A DNA stretch of 64,000 nucleotides from Pecten maximus (Eukaryota). The position numbers and the translations under genes are program-made. Under the pieces are notes generated by a model, which ran no database searches, was not told the DNA's origin, and was given only the letters and a program-made list of their open reading frames with translations. Below are positions 24,602 through 37,884 of the stretch, one piece after another; within the stretch, counting starts at the first letter, position 1, and each line of letters opens with the position of its first letter. Where the stretch lies: NCBI RefSeq assembly GCF_902652985.1, contig NC_047016.1, forward strand, positions 52,142,001 to 52,206,000, in the 5' to 3' direction.

Positions 24602-26890
24602 TCTCCCTCTTTTTGAGATGAACGAATCTAAGCTTAAGGTGACACCTTCAATAAATCAACCCATAAGTATTTAGCCATGTCCATAAGTATTTGACAAATA
24701 ACCTATGAATATATATCTAATCACACACTGGACATTATATAGCTACACCTTAGCTATTTAATAAAAATCATCATAAGGTTTTGGTTTGACAACCATTCTG
24801 CCTGAGCGCGTACTTACAGATGAAGGATTGTCACTGCACATGGGTTTGGATTGTATACGATCATGATCATAGTGTTCATCAGATGCCTCATTACTGTTCA
24901 AAATGTCTTCCTCCTCTTTTGACACGTTTGCCGAGTTCTTAGGTGGGATATCCTCATGAATAACACTGCGTGGCATAGACTGAAGTTTGTTCAAAAGTAC
25001 TGGACTTTTAACGTTGTTTGTTATATCAAAATTGTCTGTGGGCTGAGGCCCATGTCTTGATAAGAGTCAGTGTCTACGATTTCTTCAGTAAACACCTCGG
25101 TGTGTTCTGACACGATTTGACCGTCTTTTATGATTAGTCGCTTCCACTGTTCCTTTCAAGCTCCACAGTTTCTGGTTGTCTAGCTTAATTTTGACAATGT
25201 CTCCAGGCTCAAGTTTTGGTAAAGGACGGACAGCATTTCGGCGATCATATTGAGCTGTGTACCGTTCCTTATAGCTTTTGTCATGCCGCTCAATCCGTTT
25301 CTTACTTGGCCATTTAGGGTTCAGTGTTTTTGGTGCGGCCGGTACGGATGTCCTTATCTTTCGACCCATGAGAAGCTGACAAGGGCTAGCTCCCATCGAG
25401 GCGATAGGTGTTGCCCTATACCCCATCAGGGCAAGAAATTTATCGTCTTGCGCAAGTATTCGTTTTGCGATCTTCACTCCACTCTCCGCTTCTCCATTTG
25501 CTTGAGGGTAGTGTGGACTGGTAAAGGTCTGAATGAAGTTGTACTTCTCTGCGAACTTGTCAAATTCCTGTGAGGCAAATTGCGTGCCATTATCCGAAAC
25601 CAGTTCTTCCGGAACGCCGAATCGCGCAAATATGTTCTTTAGTTTGCCGATAACTTGACCACTAGTCTATGTTGGACAGATGTGCGATCTCCAAAAACCT
25701 CGAGTAGTAGTCCATAACCATGCCATGGTCGTTGAGGAAGCGGAGTAACTTTTAATGGTTCCTTTCATTGAGGAGGTTTGTGCTCCTGGCAGAAAGTACA
25801 CCGTTCCACCATTTCCTTAAGATCCTTCCCTATGTTGGGCCACCATACGCAAGTAGCTGCATGCTCGCGACACTTTGTAATACCCAGATGACCTTCATGG
25901 AGTGTTTCCAGGATCTCCCTCTGTAAACAGTTTGGTATCACAATCCTCTGTCTGTATAGGAGCAAACCATTAGATGTTGACAGTTCATTACGCACCGCAA
26001 AATAGCCTTCCATCTCCCGTATCGAGTATTCACGATCTGGCCACCCAGACTTAGTAGGAGTAAGGGCTTTAGCAAGTTGTGGGTCTTCTGTAGTAGCTTG
26101 ACGTATACGGGACAATTTGCGGTCTGATATCGGCCATGTCGATTCGACAGAGACCACAAACATTTCTACATCATCGTCAGAGGGAATCTCGCTTATCTCG
26201 AGGGGACTCCTTGACAGAGTATTAGGAACTACCAAAGATTTCCCTGGTACATGTTCTGCAATCGGAGTAAATCTCCTTAGGCGCATAAGCAATCATTGAC
26301 ATCTCAGTGGCTTTCTGTCAAGATCTTGAGTGTTTATGAGTGGCACTAAAGGCTTGTGATCAGTGAACAATTTAAATGACTCTAGTCCGACCAAATAACG
26401 TTTAAATTTCTCGCAGGCCCAGACGGATGCCAAACATTCCTTTTCAATTTGGGCGTACCTGGACTCAGCGGGAGTTAGTGTGCGAGAGCAGAATGCAACT
26501 GGCTTGACCTCATCTCCATCCTTTTGAAATAGTGCACCACCTAGACCGTAGCTGCTGGCATCAGCACCGACAAATGTAGGTTTGTTTGGAGAATAGAATG
26601 TCAAAGTAGGAGTACTTGTTAACTTCTCCTTTATCTCATTGAATGCTGTTTGCTGGTGTGGAGTCCACTGCCACACTACATCAGACTTCAAAATGTCCAT
26701 CATAGGACGTATGATTGTTGACAGGTCTGGAATGAACCTTCCCAGATAGTTTGTCATGCCAATGACTCTTCGTAGCTCGGTAAGGTCTCTTGGTGACTCG
26801 AGTCCTCTAATGGCTTCTAAGCGACTTGGGTTAACGCTTACGCCATCTCCACTAATCACGTGGCCAAAGTATTCAAGTTTGGATTTTCCA
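24406..26890 (-). mobile_element. Decayed, 5'-truncated Ty3/Gypsy LTR retrotransposon (RT end, RNase H, integrase, PPT, 3' LTR)
   Basis: RNase [10 protein letters not shown]...[10 protein letters not shown]...TDHKPL (26293-26859). Integrase zinc finger HEGHLG...WWP...C..C (25765-26292). Integrase core SDNG/PHYPQANGEAE/YRATP. PPT AAAAAGAGGGAGA at 24602-24614. Confidence 0.93.
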
Positions 26891-28164
26891 ATTGCTCATC
26901 ATAAGTAGTTATCTATTTCATTTTAGCACTTACTCCCTTCTTTTTATAAATTATCGGCATCCTAGACTCACTTTTACCGGCATCATGTAAAAACTAACGA
27001 TGTCAATATCAGCTTAAACTAATTACACCAATTATCGCCAACTCGTCGCTTCAGATTACATTTATATTTAAATTACTATCGATACGCTTACTCAGAATGC
27101 CATACAGAATTGAAAAAAACGCATTAATAATTCAGTTCATTTAGTACTCATCGTTTTCGCCCTCCGCCATATTGCATGCAGGCCATTACAGTTAATCGCA
27201 TCAGGTTCTCCACCGCGACCGTGGGAATAGAGAAAGTTTCTCTCGCAAATATTATCCAATATACAGTAATTCGTTCTGATTTGACGTGGGTTTAAATGAA
27301 CATACCATTTATATTATTATATGTTTTATTCATCTGTTAAAACATACAAAAAACACAATTCTAACTAAAAGTCGAAAATAGTTATATCTATCACAATGTG
27401 GATACATCGTTTTTCTCATTGAGCTATAATAAATGTTTCTTTAATCCACTGCATACATCCTGGCAAATGTTCTCTCCAAGTATGTGAACAGTGATCATGA
27501 CTGTTGATCGAAAACATTTCAGTAATAATTCGAAATATGCACTTATATATGAGGAATAACATTCAACGCTTGGAATGAATGATACACATGTAAAACACGT
27601 GTACACGAAACCTGACTTCCTACTGTATTAGAGTACATTTGGACGAAATGTCGCGCTACGTTATTGAGAGCTGACTTCACTAACTCGGCCTATTTGTGGT
27701 AGTTAGATGATATCAGCGGTCAGAACACCGACACTCGGCTATTGCAATCTTTACTTGACAAAGGAAATAGACGTTTTCGAAAGATCGCAAATGAAATTTT
27801 TAATTTTCTGTTTGCGTACAAAACTTATTTAGCTTTATACTTCATAATTAAATATATTTTTGCAAAGACATGTTACACTCCAAAGAAGAAAAAGGAAGGA
27901 TATCCTTTGATTGGTCCGTTAAAAAGCATTGTTATCTGATAGGGAATTAAGAAATATGGGGTCAAAGGGTAGAGTAATTTCAGAATGACAGAAATACCTA
28001 GGCATATCATTCGTATGCCTTTTGAAAATATCGTTATTTCCTTTTTTGAATCCTATATTGCAGATTCAGCAAGGTAGCACATCAAGTTCTGTATTTGTTT
28101 TGTTCCTATGTAATGTAGACTTATAACAATGACACCGATGATTGACATATAAATTCCAATTTAT

Positions 28165-29821
28165 TTAACCAATTACACCCATTGTTGTAGGTACTGTAGT
28201 GTGTCCGTGGTGGGGATGCGACACCACGAATACGTCCTGACCAGCACACATATGTTCTACATGCATACTTAGGTCATTAACATCGTCATGTGACATCTGT
28301 GTTTGGGTTCCCTTGGCTACGAGGAACATCAGATTACTCTGAAATAAAAACAGAAATGGAAAATGTCAACGAAACAGCATTTATAACTCAAAAAGATAAA
28401 AACTGCTTGAATAGAATATCGGTATAGGAGCCATAGAATTGAGGGAGAATAGAAATAAGACCAGAAGATCCGGAAGATATGCGTCCTCTGTTTCATCAAC
28501 GACAGTCGTCATGTAAAACAAAACCTTAATGACGATGTCAGGTCTAACTTATTACACAAGCTTATTCGTCACAACATATTAAACAGGAATTATTTCTTAA
28601 ACGAAAGATGAATGTCTTAACCTTTGATATCAATTAAAGATATTCTTTGTCAGGGGATGACGGTGTAATATATACATGTGGTATTTACCTCCATCTTCAG
28701 TAGTCCGTCTGTTGTGTGTACTTGGGGTCGCTGTGAAGCTTTCAGCTTCTCAATATAACATCTGCTTCCCAGCTTCATCACCATTTGATGCTGAAGAAGA
28801 TCCATTGCATATGATAGCGAATACTTGTTAAAAACTGATTTAATCATGCAATCAGTTTCCGTAGAATTGTGTATAAATAAAATTATTTCAGTAATACGTG
28901 TCAGAACGTATTCGAAATACGCCCCTTTATGTACAACAAATCTAGTGAGTATATTATCAGAAATCTTTACTTAATTGTAAGTAAACGAATCATATAGCAG
29001 AGCGCCACCTTTCTAATGTATTATTTATCTTATAATTTTTTATCATAAATTCCCATTATTATCAAAATTATGTCATGATAATGCTTGGGCGACATTTGAT
29101 TACATATCACAAAAATACGTTTTATCGAGATAGTTATCATATGTCAATATTATTGTAGTGGTAAGTGAAAATGCATTTTGCAAAATAGTGGTCTAATTTA
29201 TCGTGATCAATCGAGATAACTACCATTGTCTAAATCATCATAATAAATCAATTAAACATGATAATGTAAACTTAATGTATCGACTTGATAAACTAAATAT
29301 GCCATTTTAAATATCAGATTCATTTAAAACCTGGAACATACCGATTTGGCGTCATAGTAAAACAGGCCCTGGTCGAACTCGTTAGATTCGTGAACGTGAT
29401 GGCGATGAGTGGTGGGCGTGAAGGTTGTCATACCACATATCTGTAAACATTTAATGCCTTTTATCTTACAAATGGTACTGTTTCTATAATTCAAAAGTAC
29501 GCGAGTAATTAATATCTTCGTTGTAGAAATAGATTTATTGCTATTTCAGCCAAGCTGATATTGTGAAATAAAATGTTTGCAAATGAAAAATTTCATTAAA
29601 CACGTATACGACCTTTTGCAAAACCAGGTGATGAAACATTGCCAATGACATTGCCGTCTTACATATTCGTGTATGTGCCAAACAAACGTACATTTTGATA
29701 TATTTTTCCTAAGCTTGAAATTTCACAATATGCATGAAACACAAAAAATAAACAAAATAAAATAAATAAAACAACATACCTGCCCAAAAAGGCATACGGC
29801 CACAACTAACACACAGTACAT
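28165..29821 (-). CDS. Secreted His-rich BRICHOS-like protein A, 138 aa (exons 29821-29780, 29440-29342, 28790-28689, 28338-28165)
   Basis: All introns are GT-AG phase 0. MYCVLVVAVCLFGQ/ICGMTTFTPTTHRHHVHESNEFDQGLFYYDAKS/HQMVMKLGSRCYIEKLKASQRPQVHTTDGLLKME/SNLMFLVAKGTQTQMSHDDVNDLSMHVEHMCAGQDVFVVSHPHHGHTTVPTTMGVIG*. TATA-like at ~29893-29899. AATAAA overlaps the stop. The gene model is well supported by paralogy; the BRICHOS label is inference. Confidence 0.88.
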
Positions 29822-32383
29822 CTTGCTGAAAGGACGAAGTAAGGAAGATAAGATCGTTTCGTGACAAGAATGATCAAACTCTAAATACAGGTTATATATT
29901 GGAAGACACTGGGGCTCTTTAGGGGACTAGATTCATAATGTCTTGTTTCGTAAATACTGATAAGAAAGGTCAAATGTTGTTGAGACATTCTTTCTCCAAT
30001 TCTGATACACATAATGTTCTAATATTTCTAATCTAGATCTTACATCTTCAAATCTATATGTCTCCAGGCTTTTGATATGCTCTGCTTACCTGAATCATTA
30101 CTTATAAGTAATCATGTCTTAGCAACTTCAATGAAAATGTATTTCCCTTTAAGCCTAGAATTCATAATTCGTGAGGGATATCAACACGTACAAGCTTCTG
30201 TTTTCAAAAAAAAACAAAAATTGTAAATAAGTTAATCATAAGGATATTACTTTTTTGGTATGTTTCCTATTTAGATAAATATACGTTCAAACTATCCGAT
30301 ATGTGCTAATTTGGATTATGTTAATATTGTATCTAATATTTTTACGGAAATATTGAGGTGTAAATCCACCTGGGCAAACTTGTGTCCATATTTTCATCTG
30401 ATTCTACGTTATCGGATTTTCATGCTGCACTCTTAATTTCAGTGTAGCAATAAAACTTTGGGTCCACATGGCACAGTCAGAGTACTATTTATGAGAAAAC
30501 ATATAAAAAATGCTGGATTATTACAAATTACAATTTGACAAAGGCAAAAGGTTGAGTCAACATTTGGCTCTCACTTAATTCAATTTCTGTCATTTTTTAT
30601 CACCATTTGTAGATGCATAGTTAAAATTGAAGGACTAATAGCATCACCTTGGCGCACACTTTAAGACATCCATTTAAGACTTTCATTGGGTGTCAGACAA
30701 GGCTATCATTTCTGGCTATACTTAAATGTTTGGGGAAGATATATATCTACGTATGTAATATATCTTCATGTTTTGTGTGAAAAAATGGGTAAAGACATAA
30801 TGATAATCACATATGTATTATTTTTATTATAATGGATACTTCATTGTCTAGGTATACATGTACATGTTAATGGACATCAATGTTCATTTTACCACCATCT
30901 CAACCTTAAGTAGTTCTTCAGAAGATTATTACTTCTGCATATAACTGTTGATCTTGGAGTTGTTATGTAATAAACAAAATTAGAAAATATATCGGTATTT
31001 AAAATAAAAATCGATGACACAAAACTTCATGATTACGGGAAATTGTGCATTGGACACATTTGACATGTTAAAAACGTAATTTGCCGGTTTTATAATTTTC
31101 TCAAATTCATTTTGTAGAATAAATAGTCCTTCTCTATCAAACGTTTAAGTCACTCAGATGTCAACACTGCCAGACGACTAGCTATATAGGCCTACATGAA
31201 AGTCGAGATTTCAGTGATTCTAATTGTGTTTTAGTGATTATGTAATAAGTATACCATGGATGTCTGTGCAATAGCCCAGAATATTTGACCCTCGGTACTG
31301 GTAATCTTTACAATATTGGATACTTTTTAAATTTTGTCAGAAAAATGGCATGCTATTCTAATTAAATGTATCACAACACTTACTTCATGTATGTCAATAT
31401 GACATATTTGATATCAAAATAACAGTAATTATATACACTTCAAACGTTTATAATTGATTTCCACATACATATGTATAACATTAAATCGTAAGAATTATTA
31501 ACCATTGTGTAAGGATACCTCCTTCACTCAACTTGGTGTTATGCAAGGAGGTCCACTACGACTATCGATTGATACAATGATTAACCATTTACGCGATAAT
31601 CGTTTACTTTCATGTAACTAAATATTGTGAAAAAAATAAAGAATTTGAAGTGGGTGGCCGGCGCTAATCTGAAATCTCCATAGTCGTTGACCCCATATTT
31701 CAGATAATGTTTTAATGCAATTTCCAGTCTTTTGTTATCAAGTTAGATAAACGATTTTCCTTTATTTATTTTAAATTCAAGTTTACATTCACCAAAATGG
31801 GAAAGCTTTTTGTACAAAAATGGGCTGAGATAACACAGTTAACTGTTGTCTTGAATTAGGAACACTACAACTGGAACAGTCACCAAGTTCTTCGTTTGAC
31901 TTCATCATAGAGTACGTTTTTGTCACGATCTATGTTAAGGGAACCGACATATGGTATTCGTTACATCATCCAATGATATGTGAAAAAAGTTTTTTTAAAG
32001 ACATGCACCACTGGAATATCATACTGCAGTTTTTATCGGCAATGCAATTTATGATTTTTCAAGAAATGTAAGATAAAATATTGCGTTCATTATTTAGAAT
32101 ATTAAAATTTGATTCATAATTTAAAGACAAACTCAACACACATGCATATATAGACACACGATTCTGAACATATTGAACGAAGATATTTTAATTTAATCAA
32201 TTACAAACTTATCGACTGCCCCTCAAGTACCTAACCTCTACGTACTACACCTCTTATACAATTTTTGACCATCACTATCAGTTGTGAATTTCGTATAAAC
32301 TCCCCCTACTGTACCTTACTGCTCCATAGTATATATCTGGGTCATTACTGTGAAGACAGATTACGTAGCATTCCCTTACCAAG

Positions 32384-33848
32384 ATGTACTGTGCGGTGGC
32401 AGCCATAGCTTTGTGCCTGATTGGGCAGGTATGTTTCTTTCATGGCGATTAATTTTTGTTGTAAAACTTGTTATAATAAATATGCCTTCGGAAGCAGGTG
32501 CCATTCTTGACCACTTGCCATTACTTTATACTTATAATTGACGACGACAAGATTCTACTCTTGATTACTACATAGTATAACTCGTCATTTTGTTACAGGT
32601 CTATACCATGACAACAATACCTCCTAACCATTCACACAGTCCTCATGTCCACGAATCTAACGAGTTTGACCAGGCCTTGTTTTACTATGACGCTCTATCG
32701 GTAGGTATTATCATTCTGTCCGCGGACGAATATGTTAATTTCTATCAGATATCGCAAACATACTTAGTATCTTTGTTATTGGTTACCTATGGTCTTCAGG
32801 TGGAAATTTGAGCTGAACATATATATCACGTAATCTTTAAATGAAAATTAACTGCACAACATGACAACCAATGTTCTGTAGATTTAAAATCAATTAGAAT
32901 TGTTCTTCTATAGCCGAAAAAATAGATAGCCTTATTTCAAAGTTTAGATATGTGCATGAGTTATATTTTATACTTTCATTAATGTCAGATCGGTTATTAG
33001 AAGCTTTGATGACTTCCGTCTATGATTTAACATCCATCAGTTGATATCTCACATGTATCTCTACAGCATGAAATGGTCATGAAACGCGGGCAGCAGTGCT
33101 ATATAGAGAGAGTGAGAGGTTCCTACCGACCACAGGTACATACACCAGAAGGACTACTGAAGATGGAGGTAAGTACAGTTATCTATCACGTGGAGATGGA
33201 GGTAAGTACACATATCTGTCACGTGAAGATGGAGGTAAGTTCACATATCTGTCACGTGAAGATGGAGGTAAGTTCACATATCTGTCACGTGAAGATCGAG
33301 GTAAGTACACACATCTGTGACGTTAAGATGGAGGTAAGTACACATATCTGACACATGAAGATGGAGGTAAGTACACATATCTGTCACGTGAGGATGGAGG
33401 TAAGTACACACATCTATCACGTGAAGATGGAAGAAAGTACACACATCTATCACGTGAAAATGGAAATAAGTACACACATCTATCACGTGAAAATGAAAAG
33501 TAATTGCAGAGGTTTATAACGACAATGTTCAATCAGAAACGGCAAAAGTGGACAGGACAAGTAATAGTACAATAGGTGTATCGTTAACCCTGAGTGTAAT
33601 TATGCTTAGACACTGACTGCAATCAAAACTATAAAGTTGACTGAAAATCAAATCATAAGCATGTTTTTTTTTATTTCAAGGATAACCTCATGTTTCTCGT
33701 TGCCAAGGGAAACCACACACAGATGTCTCATGCTGATGTCAAGGCGTTAAGTGTGCACGTGGAAACCATGTGTGCGGGTCTTGATGTATTTGTTGTGTCG
33801 CCTAATCATTATCATCATCATACTACAACTATGAGCCCAATTGTTTGA
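32384..33848 (+). CDS. Secreted His-rich BRICHOS-like protein B, 138 aa (exons 32384-32428, 32599-32700, 33067-33168, 33681-33848)
   Basis: MYCAVAAIALCLIGQ/VYTMTTIPPNHSHSPHVHESNEFDQALFYYDALS/HEMVMKRGQQCYIERVRGSYRPQVHTPEGLLKME/DNLMFLVAKGNHTQMSHADVKALSVHVETMCAGLDVFVVSPNHYHHHTTTMSPIV*. Phase-0 GT-AG introns at the same positions as A and C. AATAAA at the stop. Confidence 0.88.
33159..33500 (+). repeat. 33-bp tandem repeat of the exon-3 end plus splice donor (GAAGATGGAG|GTAAGTACACATATCTGTCACGT), ~10 copies
   Basis: GTAAGT donors at 33169, 33202, 33235, 33268, 33301, 33334, 33367 and 33400. Later copies have lost the GT. Confidence 0.95.
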
Positions 33849-34109
33849 ATAAAATTATGTGTAATTTAAAATTGTCTCCTCTTATCTTTCTCTGATCAAA
33901 ATGAATATATACAATGTGTATGGAGGCATGTTTTTTCCCTTAAAGGCTTATCGATACTGAAAGGATCATTCGGGACAATGAATGATAGTATAAGGAATTT
34001 ATAATTAACTGACCAACATTAAAGATATGAGATATGTAAAAATATTTACACGCACGTATACAGTATAAAATTATAATAGGCTATTGTTAGTCATATCCAG
34101 TGGTACAGA

Positions 34110-34520
34110 CTAAAAGCTGGTGTGTTTTGGGAGGCTGTGTCATATTTGTGTTAAGTCTCCTTGTGATAGGCCGGAGATGTTACCGATTTATAGTGCTACC
34201 TCACTGAAGCATACTGCCGAAGACACCCAGCAGGACACCCCTACCAGTCACATTATACTGGAAACGGGCAAACCAGCCGTCCCACTCCTAATATGCTGAG
34301 CGCTAAGCAGGAGTTGCAACTACCATTTTAAAAGACTTGGCCAGGAGACAGAACCCAAAACCTTCCTCAAAGGGGCGAACGCTCAACTAAAGTGAGGCAT
34401 TGTCAAGGGAGATATTAGGAAGAAGAAAGTAAATAAAGAATAGAAAAGATAAGATCCCAACTTTAGTCGCCTCTTACGATCATGAAATTGAGGCAGCAGA
34501 TACAATTCTTGCGCCCTACC
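34110..34520 (-). mobile_element. SINE (Meta-domain-like) followed by a second SINE-like tail
   Basis: TTTATAGTGCTACCTCACTGAAGCA...CAGTCACATTATACTG...GCTGAGCGCTAAGCAGGA...ACTACCATTTT resembles recalled bivalve Meta-SINE sequence in reverse orientation. Confidence 0.55.
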
Positions 34521-34764
34521 CTAGAATATTTTTAATGAGACCATAATGTCTTCCAAATAGCCACTCCATGGCCTAAAATCGTTACGGATGGATTCCTCTT
34601 TCATAATATCGCTATCATGGTCGGTGACAATATTTACAAATGGCATATTGGTAAAGTGTGATGCTCTACTAAACCAGCGGGATTTGAAGGGGGCTGACCC
34701 AAAGTGTATCTTAACAATCTGTTGATCGAGTACCAATTAGAAATGGAAAAATGCTGACTTCCTT

Positions 34765-36175
34765 CTTAGGTAATTCACACCATATCTCATTTAGAGATGT
34801 CGAAACCTTCATGGATAATTTGACCACTCGTTTAGAGATGTTGACACTTTATGGATAATTTGACCACTCATTCAGAGATGTTAACACCTTTCGAGGGTAA
34901 TTTGACCACCCATTTAGAAATGATAACACCTCTCGTGGGTAATTTGCACCACTAATTTAGGGATGTTGACAGCTCTCGAGGGTAATTTGATCACCCATTT
35001 AGAAATGTTAACACCTTTCGTGGATAATTTGCACCACTACTTTAGGGATGTTGACACCTTTCGTGGGTAATTTGACCACTCATTAAGAGATGTTAACACC
35101 TTTCGTGGATAATTTCCAAGACTCATTTAGAGATGTTAACACCTTTCGGGGGTAATTTGCATCACTAATTTAGGAATGTTGACACCTTTCGTGGGTAATT
35201 TGACCACTCATTTAGAAATGTTAACATCTTTCGTGGGTAATTTGACCACTCATTTAGAGATGTTAACACCTTTCGGGGGTAATTTGCACCACTCATTAAG
35301 AAATGTTAACACCTTTCGGGGGTAATTTGCACCACTAATTTAGGAATGTTGACACCTTTCGTGGGTAATTTGACCACTCATTTAGAGATGTTACATGTAA
35401 CACCTTTCGTGGGTAATTTGACCACTCATTTAGGGATGTTGACACCTTTCGTGGGTAATTTGACCACTCATTTAGAAATGTTGACATCTTTCGTGGGTAA
35501 TTTGGCCACTAATTTAGGGATGTTGACACCTTTCGTGGGTAATTTCCACAACTCATTTAGGGATGTTGAGCACATTTCGTGGGTAATTTGACCACTCATT
35601 TAGATATGTTAACACCTTTCGTGGGTAATTTGACCACTCATTTAGAAATGTTGACACCTTTCATGAATGACTTACACCACTAATTTAGAGATGTTGACAC
35701 CTTTCGTGGATAATTTGCACTACTCATTTAGAGATGTTAACACCTTTCGTGGGTAATTTGACCACTCATTTAGAGATGTTAACAGATGTTAACACCTTTC
35801 GTGGGTAATTTGACCGCTCATTTAGAGATGTTAACACCTTTCGTGGGTAATTTGACCACTCATTTAGAGATGTTAACACCTTTCGTGGGTAATTTGACCA
35901 CTCATTGAGAGATGTTACTTGTAACACCTTTCGTGGGTAATTTGACCACTCATTGAGAGATGTTACTTGTAACACCTTTCGTGGGTAATTTGACCACTCA
36001 TTTAGAGATGTTAACACCTTTCGTGGGTAATTTGACCACTCATTTAGAGATGTTAACACCTTTCGTGGGTAATTTGACCACTCATTTAGAGATGTTAACA
36101 CCTTTCGTGGGTAATTTGACCACTCATTTAGGGATGTTAACACCTTTCGTGTGTAATTTGCATCACCTCGCATTT
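34765..36175. repeat. 42-bp minisatellite (TTTAGAGATGTTAACACCTTTCGTGGGTAATTTGACCACTCA), ~33 copies
   Basis: Directly visible. It produces the 14-aa periodic ORFs (MLTPFVGNLTTHLE). Confidence 0.97.
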
Positions 36176-37884
36176 AGACAATTTGCGACAGAAGAACAAA
36201 ATGATGAACAATTTATGAAAAAAGCTGCCTATCTTTCAAACGTTTGGGTATTCGATAAAAGGTCACTAAGGTTCGGCACATTGATTACTTACTAATGTGT
36301 CAAAATAGATGAAATTGCTTCATTAGGCTGCTTAATCAATTAACACGTATTTGTTGTGTTTGTGCAATCTGCGATAAAAATGACGATTTCAGATTTCAAA
36401 TTTACTAGTAAAATTTTGCAATTTTGACATGTTCAATACCATCATCTGTTATATTTAATTTACAAAAATGATTAAAGGGTGGTTTTCAAAAATGACTCGT
36501 CGTTTGTTTTGAGTTTAATTTGGTGGTGTGTTGCCTCTAACGTTGTAACAAACAATTGAACAAGTACAACTTATTTGCATTATCAGCTGGGGTTGTTATG
36601 TCGCATAAAAGTAACACCCACCAGAAAAAAGTAGGTTTTTTTCGAAAAAGAGAAATTCTGCTATCTGAGATAAACTATCTTAAGAGTGCTTGGGTGCTGC
36701 ATGCACAATATATTTGACCTGGTAAAGATTATAATATGAATTATTGATAAAAGAACGAAATATTAAAATGCTATTTGGGCTACAGATTTAAAATTGCGAT
36801 GCCATGACCCTATTGTTTAATTGCCAATATCCATGATTATATGGAAAACTAACAAAAAATGTTTGTTTTCAGTTTTAACCAAATAAGTTACCGAGCAACG
36901 TGTATGGTCTTTGAATATATATTAGAGTTAAGAAATGGGACTCATTGCGAGTGGGCTTTGGGGGAAGGGATCTTTGATTAATGATCATGAATATTGCATT
37001 TCCCGGTCATCGATGCCTATCTTTTGTATTCTTTCATTGTTGATACATGTAAAATGTACATTTGGTACACTACTAAGTATACTTGAACTAATTACGTAAA
37101 TAATTGTGCACTTGCGGTGTCACAATTGTATGATATTAATAAATTACCTTTAACAACATTTAATGTCAATTGTTGTTTCCCCTCTTCAGCTTCAGTTTCT
37201 GAACGGATTATCAATCTGCTGTATAAATTAATCTGTTGATATCCTGTAACTAATGCTGGTTTGGTTTATTAATGCAGTTAATCTAATAACACACACTTAT
37301 CAACTCAAAACAGACACACTTGATGTCCCGAATTGGTGATACATGAGCGACACCTTAAGAATACAACAGATGTCGTGAAATTCTGAGTAGGCGTTAGCTC
37401 TTGTAATGTAAGCAATGATAATACTGTTACATGTGTTTCAATGATGCCAACAATTTCTATGTGTCCTGTAATGCAATGCCTGTATATGTTTTTTTTAAAA
37501 AAGCTTGCATTTCTAATGTGAACAATACTTAACGATTTTATATGATAAATATAATTGCTTAACAATCAAAATGATATTACTGTCCTTGTTAACCGTGAAT
37601 GCTTTATACATATCTCAACGTTAGTTAATAAGATTCCAAGTTTATACGTATAATTAAAAAAAGAAGGAAAGGCACAGTTATTCAAAATATAGCCAGAAGT
37701 TGCAGAATTACGGAATTAAAAAAAAAATTGTTATCTTCACATCTATTATAGAAGTTCACATGTTTCCCTTAAATGTGCCTCTCCTCCTTATCTCTGATCC
37801 ATATATAGAGGTGGACACCGATACACGTTTGTGGACTTCATTTTCAGAGCGTTCTCGACCTACTTCCCTGAAAGACAATCCAAC

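Noticed and set aside
35346-36295. 14-aa repeat ORFs on both strands
   Set aside because: By-product of the 42-bp minisatellite. Frame-breaking 43-bp units are present and there is no gene context.
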